Assembly: GCA_964016885.1 (NCBI GenBank)
Contig: OZ024765.1
Span: 10,850,001 to 10,914,000, forward strand
DNA: 64,000 nucleotides
Source: Eledone cirrhosa
Taxonomy: Eukaryota
Reading direction: 5' to 3'
Position numbers and translations under genes: made by a program. The notes under the pieces are model-generated. The model had not been told where the DNA came from, ran no database searches, and saw nothing but the letters and a program-made list of their open reading frames with translations. Below, piece by piece: positions 54,911-64,000 of the stretch (position 1 is the stretch's first letter; every line of letters begins with the position of its first letter).

Positions 54911-55838
54911 CTGTGTTAAGGTATCAATACATATTAAAATGTATGATGGTTATGTTTCTCAATAAAAAAGCTTAATGGACCTTAGTTTAGATCATAAATT
55001 ATTTAGATTTAAAAGATATATGTAGAGAAAGGAGCATATATTGTTTGAGAAACAGTATTTTGTACACATATATAGAGAGCAAATAATATACAGGAAAATA
55101 TACAAAGTTTAAGGTGGTAAAAAGTCATTTCTTTCCATACCCTGCTGTTTCATAGACCAAAGAATGAAGCCAAACTATCGATTATGGATTAACAACTATT
55201 GATTTTGGTAAAGCATCGAAAGAGAGATCTAATCATCAGAGGAATAATCTTAATATATATCTAGCACTCGTACAACATACCTTTATATCTGATGAGGGCT
55301 GAGAGTTTATTTTAAATCTCTACTCCATTCAAAGGCAGCGAACTGGCAGTCATTAGAATGTCAGATAGATTACTTTAGGGTATCTGTTCCAACTATTTGC
55401 TCTTTGAGTTCAAATCCCACCGAGGTCGATAAAAAAAAAAGTACTAGTCTAGTACTGGGACCGATTCTTCCTCTATACCTTTCTCATTTTCTATCTTTCT
55501 CTGGAAGAAATCCACTGTACTCAGCCCTGGAGAGGTATGGGCTCTGCCAGGCTTACAATGCCCAAGAATCGCTGTATGTCAATACGGCACCCCTATGACT
55601 ATCGGGAGTTACGGGACCACACATACTCCATACAAATACATGTGTGTGTTTGTGTATAAGATGTCATTTAGTGGTTAGAGAATTGGATTCTCAATCGTGA
55701 GGTTGAAGGTTTGATTCCCAGACCAGGCGATGCATTATGCCCCTTAGCGTGACACTTTATTTCACCTTGTTCCTTCTGCCAGGCGTTTTGACTGATAGAT
55801 AGTATCAGCAATTGAAAGACCAATGGAAGCATTGTTAC

Positions 55839-55864
55839 CTGGATCTCATTTGACAATCTCTACC
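55839..55864 (-). CDS. Candidate small exon GRDCQMRS(R/S), phase 0->2
   Basis: tttgtttactgactag acceptor and CAG|gtaaca donor. Bridges 56303 and 53847 in frame. Confidence 0.4.
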
Positions 55865-55992
55865 CTAGTCAGTAAACAAATGAGGTGAGGGATCTTGTTG
55901 ATCAATTCCTTATTTAATGTGAGAAAAGGAAAAGAGAATATCTTGATGTTTCAGATGTCGGTCCTTCATTGGGAAAGAGTGAAGATATTTAT

Positions 55993-56060
<68 letters not shown>

Positions 56061-56064
56061 GTTG

Positions 56065-56195
56065 TATTAAGGCTAAATAGTGAGTCTTGTTAGGCTGGAG
56101 TTTCACCTTTTTATCATATGGTCATCATTGTCTGATGTCTTTGTGATAAACAGGCAAAACCCCAGACTCTCAATACTCACTATTTAGCCTTAATA
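56065..56195. repeat. Fold-back hairpin related to 39155-39258
   Basis: Arms tattaaggctaaatagtgagt / actcactatttagccttaata. Shares the centre (catcagacaa..tgatgacc) and the flank gagtactcaatac.aaagtagag with the 39.1-kb element, in opposite orientation. Confidence 0.75.
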
Positions 56196-56302
56196 AAATG
56201 AATATTTAACTCTACTTTGGTATTGAGTACTTTTTTCTCTCAGCCGTCAACCACATATGGATACAAATATGTGTCTATATATATATATATATATATACTA
56301 AC

Positions 56303-56370
56303 ATCATTTTTCATTAACTGTTGTGGAACTATTTCTACCAAACTCGTCCCATGGACTGAGTGCTCTACTA
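56303..56370 (-). CDS. Candidate exon (V)VEHSVHGTSLVEIVPQQLMKND, phase 1->0
   Basis: atatctgcag acceptor and gttagt donor, open frame. Confidence 0.4.
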
Positions 56371-56842
56371 CTGCAGATATAACACATCAGTGTTCTGCCA
56401 CTATCTATCTATTTATATCCTTAGCCTGCACATATCCTTGGATTGTGAAGGCTGTAGATAGCACAAGTTATCAATCTTTAACAACCTAGCTAAACAAATG
56501 CCTAACATTTAAAGAGTAGTTCGTTAAATTTAAAACTTGAAATACCAGGCCAGTAATATGAGGGACTTGTTAAAACGAATGACAACTAAGAAGATGGTGG
56601 TGATGTTCCTGAGATGAAATAAATCTCTTTAACCTTCCTTCCTACTTGCACCGTACTCTCCCAAATAATACATTCACACTAAAGTTAACTAGTTATTTTC
56701 TTCACCTCGTATATAAGTTTTTTTTCCTTCCTTCCTTCTTTCCTTAGACCCCCTAGATCATCTGACAAGCTTTTCATTGAACGTCCCCCTTTTACATACA
56801 TATATACACGGATACAAACATATACTATAATAAAGAACCAAC

Positions 56843-56862
56843 CAGTTGTCTCCCCTTGTTGG
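56843..56862 (-). CDS. Candidate 20-nt exon QQGETT, phase 2->1
   Basis: ttatttttcag acceptor and CTG|gttggt donor. Phase fits 56370. Confidence 0.3.
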
Positions 56863-58742
56863 CTGAAAAATAATAGCTTTCTGTGGTTTCCGCATACACA
56901 CATATATATACATATTTATACGCATAAGTATATATGTATGTATGTTCGTGTATATGTTTTGTAAGTAGCCATAGAGTGTGGTATATATGTGTATAACTTA
57001 TCTGTAGACAACAGAGCCAACCTCAATAAATGATAAAACTTAACTTGTGTTGTTTTTTATTTCATTTAATTTATATAAATATATATATATGAAAATTCTT
57101 GATCCCGACGGCTGAGCTCCGGTCGTTTCAGCAGCTAGATCCGAACTATTCAGATCTAGCTGCTTAAACGGAAGAGGGTCTTAACGTTTCGGACACTAGT
57201 CCTGGTTATTCGACAACTTGAATTTACCTGGCAGTCCGATGACGTCATTAGCTTTACACCGGTGACATAATTAGTTCTACACCGGTATTTTCAGACCTGT
57301 TTGATAGTAATGTTATTGAAAGAGGTAAGGTGTTCTGTATGTTAATGATATGTCTGTAGCTCGATTTCTTTATTTCATAGAACCCTTCGTAAACGTGTTT
57401 GTAGTGAAATGGTTTAGGAGAGGGGATCTAGAGTAGAATAGATTGACGGCGATCCTGGATTGAGTGTATGTGGAGTTCAACCTGGAGCTGTCTCTTCCAC
57501 ACAGTCCATTCACTGGGATTTTTCTACATCTTTTGTACAGCTCGATGTCCTTTGTAAGCATGACTGTTATATACATTCTTAACATAGCGAACACTCCAAC
57601 AATTATTGACCCTCAATAAAGCTCGATTGAGGCCCACAATGGAAGAAATATCCGATATCTGGAACGGTACTGTTTTTTATTGATAACACTAATATTTTAA
57701 ACACTATAGAAAAGCCACTCATTTATTTAGTTCAAAATCACTTTCATACATTCAACAGGCTCTGTTCCACAGTTATGCTCTCTCGTCCTGTATATTGTTT
57801 AAGGGACTCCTTGCTCTTTATTGATATACTCCAGCCCATAAATATGCCGTCCCCTCTCTTTGGTGGTCTCCTTGAAACACTCATGACTTACTCGTCAACT
57901 ACATTGTGGAGGTATTTGGCAGGGTGAGAGGCACTCAACTCTAGATCCGCGGCAGTGTGGAAGATACTGTGGTAATAACATATACTTGGGGTGGTATGAC
58001 CGGTGTGATCTTGTGTAGAATGTAGGGATAGGGTATTGACCCTAGGTAGAGTGTGAGTTCTTCCTGGATTTGTCTCTTTTATGAGTTCCGTCCACTAAGA
58101 TTTCTTTAGATGCCCGTCGTAAAATAAAAGACGATGCTGACAGAATTTAACTTATTTTACTGATATTCAATTACTGGGAGGTAAGATAGACGGGTAATAT
58201 GAAATCTCTACACCGGTGACATAATTACTTTTACACCGGTATTTTGAAAAATCATTTTGGATATTACGTTTGTGAAAGAGTGATGCAAAGTTTTATTTGT
58301 CGTGTCATGTTAGTATACCTTACCTTTTTTTTAAATTCATAGAACTCTTCCTAAACATATTACGTGTGTTAAGAATAAATATAACAAAGACTAACCTTCA
58401 CGGCTTGAGAATACTTCACACTGCTCTGAAACACTCAAAGCAGGGTCCTTCTTGTCATTGTATATTGTCCAATCCACTCCAGGGCCTTCTCACACGTGTT
58501 GGAGGAACCCCTCCCTGGTTGATCACCTCTTTCTATTTGGTTTTGGTCATGTCAGGGATATAAGCTGAGTCTGGGAAGATGGGTAGTTCAGGTTGATTTG
58601 CCTAATTTGGAGGGTGAGTACGGTTTGGTTTGGCAGGAGACATGGGTTCAGGTTGGTGTTCAGTTTAAGGTGTTTGCTGAGGGTTAGAAGACTGATCGTT
58701 GCAATATATATATATATATATATATAGAAGAGCTTCTATAGG

Positions 58743-58780
58743 ACTATTACTGTTTCATCCGTGAGAAATCATCAGGTATA
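58743..58780 (-). ncRNA. Degenerate minimal hammerhead motif next to the PLE left end
   Basis: Minus strand: CTGATGA-tttctcacggat-GAAAC-a-GTA. Stem I is poorly paired because its 5' side runs into (TA)n. Confidence 0.4.
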
Positions 58781-58848
58781 TATATACGTATATATATATG
58801 CATATATATATAAATTACACAAATATCAAAGTTATGTTCAAATCATTT

Positions 58849-58900
58849 AATTGCTGACAATTGTTTCTTCCAAACTTTCGTTTGGAGTCATCGGAGCATT
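58849..58900 (-). ncRNA. Hammerhead ribozyme in the inverted pLTR copy
   Basis: Reverse complement of 62296-62347. Confidence 0.75.
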
Positions 58901-59467
58901 ATCAATGTTTGTACATATAATTAAACCTCCTAATCAACTGAACAATCATATAGATACATATATATTGATGTTGTGAACAACAGTTTAGTATTTACAGGGT
59001 GGAATGGATGCGACATATATTATACGAGAATTGTACAAAAATTCAAATTCAAATTAAAAGCAGAGTGGAATACATGCGACAGATAATAGAAGAGAATAGT
59101 CTAATAATTAGAGAGACATTGAGAAAGAATGAAGACACTAACAGTACATATGCAAGCGTGTAGAGAGTGTACATGTGTTAGTCTTATATATTAGGAAACA
59201 AGCAAAGGTATTAGGCATATATAAATACTGTATGGCAAGGTATTACATAAAATAGAAGCACTTTAAACGAATATGTTAGTGTATTAAAATTATGGAGGAT
59301 GTGATGCGATGATAGTTTCTGTAGAGTTCAAATTTGTATGTGTGAGAATATCAAAGTTATTGTTTTCCTATCCATTACATATGTTAAATTATATTTTAGT
59401 TAATGTTTGTATTGAATGGTTTTAGTTAGTTACAGTAATAGATTGTAAATTGGTCTTATTGTATTCT

Positions 59468-60926
59468 AGTGACTCGGCGCAGGTCACTGATTTGGTGGGC
59501 CTATATCTACTAAATGAAATTCATAAGAACCCACCCTACCTCAATGGTGGTTTATACTGCGATGATGCAATACTCCTTATAGACTATAAAAAATTTAATA
59601 TAGAAAGAACTAGGAAACTATTACATAAAATTTTCAAAAACTTCAACTTGGGTATCACCTTAGATAAAAACACTAAAAACGTTAACTTCCTTGATGCTAC
59701 CCTTTACCTAGACTCTAAGATATATACACCCTTTCATAAACCAAACGAAAAACTAATTTATGTAGACACCAAGTCTAACCACCCTAAATCAATATTAAAC
59801 TCAATTACGAAAGGAATATCTAATAGAATCTCTAATCTATCATATAACGAAACCATATTTAACAATAATTCCTAATACTATAATGAGGCCTTAGCTAAAT
59901 CAGGCCATAAAAATGGGATTGAATTCCTACCTATAAAATTACGTAGTTACAGCATTATTTCTCACAATATGGCCACGAGGAAAAATAATAAAAGTACTAG
60001 CCACTCTTACTCTAATACGAAGGGTAATATCAAACTTAACTCGCACCAAAGTAAACACCACAATAATAATATAAATACAAATACCTCAAAAGACATTACA
60101 AAAAACAAAAATAGAACTAATACATTCTTCAATCCTCCTTTCAATCTAAATGTCTCTACCAACTTGCCTAAGGCTTTCTTCTCAATCCTAGAAAAAAACT
60201 TCCGATCTGGCCACAAATACCATAATCTTATCAATAAAAATACCATTCAAATCTCTTACTCTACCACACCTAACATCGCATACCATATAGCTAGTAGTAA
60301 TAAAAGGAAGATTAATAACTATTTCCAACTAATTAAAACACAACAGGAGGTAAACTTACAGAACAACATAGTACCTGTAAACCCTAGTAGTAATAATGGT
60401 AATAGCACTAATGAAATCAATAACAATAGGAACGACAACCAACATTACCCTAATGCTATCCATAGCAACCAGACAACATAGTAACCGGAAAGCTAACATT
60501 CAGAATAAATGTAACTGTAGATCAAATAGAACTTGCACTTTAGGTAATAATTGCTTAATCAAAGACATCATTTACTCTTGCACGGTCAACACAAACAACT
60601 CTTCTAAAAAATATATTGGCTCTGCTTCAAGATGAGATACAACTTGCACCTCCACTCTTTCAAAAAACACAATCTAGCCAACTCCACTTCATTATCTAGC
60701 TACATACACTCTGAAAACTAGGAATAGACCATACACACTTCAATGGAAAGTAGTAGGTAGGGCCACATCGTATAAACCACCGAATAAATTATGTAACCTC
60801 TGTCTTCTAGAGACCTGTACTATAATCTTTTCGAAACTAGACGTCCTAAATAGAAAAGCAGAGGTGTTTTCCTCATGCCAGCACCACTACTGACACTCAT
60901 TCCATAACTTTAAACCTAGCCGCTAG
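59468..60926 (+). pseudogene. Disrupted PLE reverse transcriptase C-half + thumb + zinc-binding linker + GIY-YIG endonuclease
   Basis: Motifs DSAQVTDLVGLYLL, GLYCDD (YxDD), VNFLDATL, FHKPNEKLIYVDTKSNHP, FFNPPFNLNVSTN, CNCR....CTLGNNCL..IIYSC...KYIG, WKVV..A.SY....LCNLCLLE...LNRK.E...CQH. In-frame TAA at 59873 plus frameshifts near 60480, 60635 and 60720. Confidence 0.9.
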
Positions 60927-61409
60927 TATATAACAATGTCAGATTTGAATTCCTCACCACCATTAACACTTCACCTCTAGGATTTTTCTTCCCCCACAGC
61001 ATCACACACTTTCCTCTACACAACTATTATCTCAAACCTTATACTCTACAATAACTATTAGAAATAAATATGTAGTCACCACCTTTTAATATAAATACTT
61101 TAGATTACTTATTATATATCCATTACTGTATATATTATATGTAGAGACATTAAATGTAATATATGATAATGAATTATATATACATTTATAATTAAATATA
61201 TAAATTAATAGTATTGTATATAAAGGATTAAATTATTAACATAAGGGATTTAACTAATTGGACATGTAAACAGCTATACATTTTTCCATAATTTATATCT
61301 TATCTAGTATTGGATAGATAACAATCTAATGAGACCTTTAATATATTATGGGAGAATAGACTGTATTTAAAATTAAATATAAATATATAACATTATGTAA
61401 AAGAGATTG

Positions 61410-61590
61410 AATTGGCAGTATCGGTAGAGTCAGACGTCATGTTTTCCAGCATAGTTATGTCCCTTTATGATCTGATTTCAAATCCCGCTGAGGTTAACTT
61501 TGCCTTTCATCCATACGGGGGTTGATAAAATAAAGTACCAGTAATGTACTGGGTAATTGCTGGCCTTGTGCCGAAAGTAGAAACAATTAT
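61410..61590 (+). mobile_element. SINE-A nested inside the PLE 3' region
   Basis: Consensus match between the ORF end and the pLTR. Confidence 0.8.
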
Positions 61591-62295
61591 TTAAAAGGGA
61601 TTCAATTGTGACACTATATAATGTCTATTAGAGCAAAGAATTTAAATAATTTAATTTAATGAGCTCCTTACCTCCCCTTAATCACTTCCGGAAATCTCAC
61701 TGTGGAACAACTCTAATCCATGAATAAGAATACAATAAGACCAATTTACAATCTATTACTGTAACTAACTAAAACCATTCAATACAAACATTAACTAAAA
61801 TATAATTTAACATATGTAATGGATAGGAAAACAATAACTTTGATATTCTCACACATACAAATTTGAACTCTACAGAAACTATCATCGCATCACATCCTCC
61901 ATAATTTTAATACACTAACATATTCGTTTAAAGTGCTTTTATTTTATGTAATACCTTGCCATACAGTATTTATATATGCCTAATACCTTTGCTTGTTTCC
62001 TAATATATATGACTAACACATGTGCACTCTCTACACGCTTGCATATGTACTGCTAGTGTCTTCATTCTTTCTCAATGTCTCTTTAATTATTAGACTATTC
62101 TCTTCTATTATCTGTTGCATGTATTCCACTCTCTGCTTTTAATTTTAATTTGAATTTTTGTACAAATCTCGTATAATATATGTAGCATCCATTCCACCCT
62201 GTAAATACTAAACTGTTGTTCACAACATCAATATATATGTATCTGTATGATTGTTCAGTTGATTAGGAGGTTAAATTATATGTACAAACATTGAT

Positions 62296-62347
62296 AATGC
62301 TCCGATGACTCCAAACGAAAGTTTGGAAGAAACAATTGTCAGCGATT
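62296..62347 (+). ncRNA. Minimal type-I hammerhead ribozyme in PLE pLTR
   Basis: tgct-CCGATGA-c[tccaaac-gaaa-gtttgga]a-GAAA-caattg-TC-agc: stem I, stem II with GNRA loop, palindromic stem III, GUC site at 62340. Core has a U4->C variant. Confidence 0.75.
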
Positions 62348-63894
62348 AAATGATTTGAACATAACTTTGATATTTGTGTAATTTATATTCCTGCTCTGTA
62401 AAACACCTGATGTTTTTACATTGAGCTATTTCTCTTACTGGTAATAAGGTAGTAATATATTACTGACCTTTCCTGTTTATAGTATATACATAACTATAAA
62501 TAACACCATTACTATTATTATATATATACATGTATATATATACATAGAAAATGGAAAACTAAGAAAAGTAAGAATAATTTCTTTCAAATTTTTGTAAATA
62601 AATCCAGTTTTTCATTAACTTTGCAACTTTTTAAGCAGAAAAATCCTTCAGAACAAACATCCATAGAGATGCGGAAAAAGGAATTTTGAAGTGGAGTGAT
62701 TGGATAGCTATTAGTGAAAAGACAAGTTTTGTGTAAATCAGACCACAGGTTCCCGAGATACAGTTTTTTTGTGGGTACTTTGAACTATTGATGACCCAAC
62801 GGTTCACGAGTAGTCTAGTATATACCTATTTTAAGAAATTAACTAAAGTTTCTCTCTCTATATATAAATCAACAATTACATGGGAGGAGGAGGTGGTGAG
62901 AGCTGACCTCAGATAGTTCAAGCTCACAGAGGAGATAACGACCCAACCCACCTTTGCAAGCCAGGAAAAAGTGGATGTAAGATGTTGATGACAGCAGCTA
63001 AATATTCTCCACAGAGGAAACGACTTCCATCTTTGAAGAAGCTAAATAAATTGTGAAATGAAAAAAGAATAAACCAAATTTTTTCTTTGTTGCTTCATTA
63101 TTTCTTTTGTGTATATCTATATATAGTATCTAGAGACACACACCCAGCTACCTTTATTTATACAATATAAATGCTGTTCACTAAACACAGGCATGTAATT
63201 ATATACCTCTTCTTCTTAGAAACTAAATCACTCTATACGTACAGCTTCATTCTTCTTTGCTCTATAGAAGATGTCTATTTAAATGTAGTTGTACATACAT
63301 ATACACCTGATGTAAGAAACTTTTCCTTTTCTATTTATAAACCCCCTTCTCTAGATACAGTATATATATACACATAGCTATATTTTTCTCTATATAACTT
63401 TACATATATATACCTCGTGTAGGAAACTACTACTACTATTCCTGTGTATATATACTTACCTCTTCTTTTATTATATATGTATACCTTCTCTATACAGGAA
63501 GAAATACATACATCTTCTTTACACAGGAAAGTACTACTACTGTCTTCTCTAGGGAATAAAAGAAATTAAATAAATAAATAAAACAGGTTTTTGTTGTTGA
63601 TCTTTTTTATTTCTTCAAACTGTGTATATATATATACACACAACTGCAGGCTGACCACGATACTCTCATGGAATGACCAGATCAGGTTTATTATTCAACA
63701 TCCCTGGAAAGAGATATTAATAAAAAGTAAGAGTTTAAATTAATGTATGCAAGATCTAGAGAGAGAAGAAGCTAAACCTCTAGAGACACATCGAGTTAGA
63801 TAACCAAGCCTTCTATACATAATACACACATAAACTTTCTTCATCTAGAGCGTAATAAATAAACAAAACTAAATCTCTACACAAGAAAATAGTA

Positions 63895-63992
63895 CCTTGT
63901 TTGTTTTGACGTTGCTTCGTAGTCTAATCCTGAATCTTACAATTCCTTTCTGACCTTTTCCACCATTCTCCTGCTGACGCTGAGAAAGTCTG
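63895..63992 (-). mobile_element. Possible Tc1/mariner-superfamily transposase N-terminal fragment
   Basis: DFLSVSRRMVEKVRKEL* resembles a transposase HTH. Short and contains a stop. Confidence 0.3.
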
Positions 63993-64000
63993 AAATTTCC

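Larger units (their letters stand above)
58808..62388 (+). mobile_element. 5'-truncated Penelope-like retroelement (Naiad-type) with inverted pseudo-LTR
   Basis: Degenerate RT + GIY-YIG ORF at 59468-60926, flanked by about 660-bp inverted repeats (58808-59467 / 61727-62388) that contain hammerhead motifs. Left end abuts (TA)n. Confidence 0.9.

Noticed and set aside
55225-55325. Two divergent CTGATGA motifs (also one at 52675)
   Set aside because: No correctly placed GAAA, stem III or cleavage triplet. At most decayed remnants.
59468-60926. Selenocysteine-encoding Naiad (some Naiads use in-frame UGA)
   Set aside because: The conserved Cys positions here are TGT/TGC. The TGAs near 60633, 60712 and 60891 fall at non-Cys positions or frameshift sites and look like decay.
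62954-63041. Possible upstream - strand exon (FFKDGSRFLCGEYL...), phase 2->2
   Set aside because: Its donor half is SINE-B/RTE tail sequence, so the phase fit may be coincidental. Not called without transcript data.

Overview
Repeat-saturated, AT-rich animal DNA. The (TA)n/(CA)n/(CT)n microsatellites, tRNA-derived SINEs and RTE/R4-like LINE debris fit an octopod cephalopod (inference). Nearly all ORFs in the supplied track are microsatellite artefacts. The real coding content is split into small exons. (1) + strand: the 3' end of an AP180/PICALM-family clathrin assembly gene (exons 11716-11763, 20879-21029, 22894-22984, 26863-27063, ending NDPFGAL*), with candidate cassette/micro-exons and a 3'UTR intron. 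(2) - strand: a convergent multi-exon gene I cannot name, with phase-compatible exons between about 56862 and 40932 and possible alternative last exons. (3) A 5'-truncated Penelope-like (Naiad-type) RT+GIY-YIG retroelement at about 58808-62388, with 660-bp inverted terminal repeats each carrying a hammerhead ribozyme. The most unusual signal is a dense set of type-I hammerhead motifs, several in fold-back (palindromic, head-to-head) units embedded in (TA)n tracts. Also present are many minisatellites, several visibly born from LINE or SINE fragments. All calls were made by eye, with no database searches.
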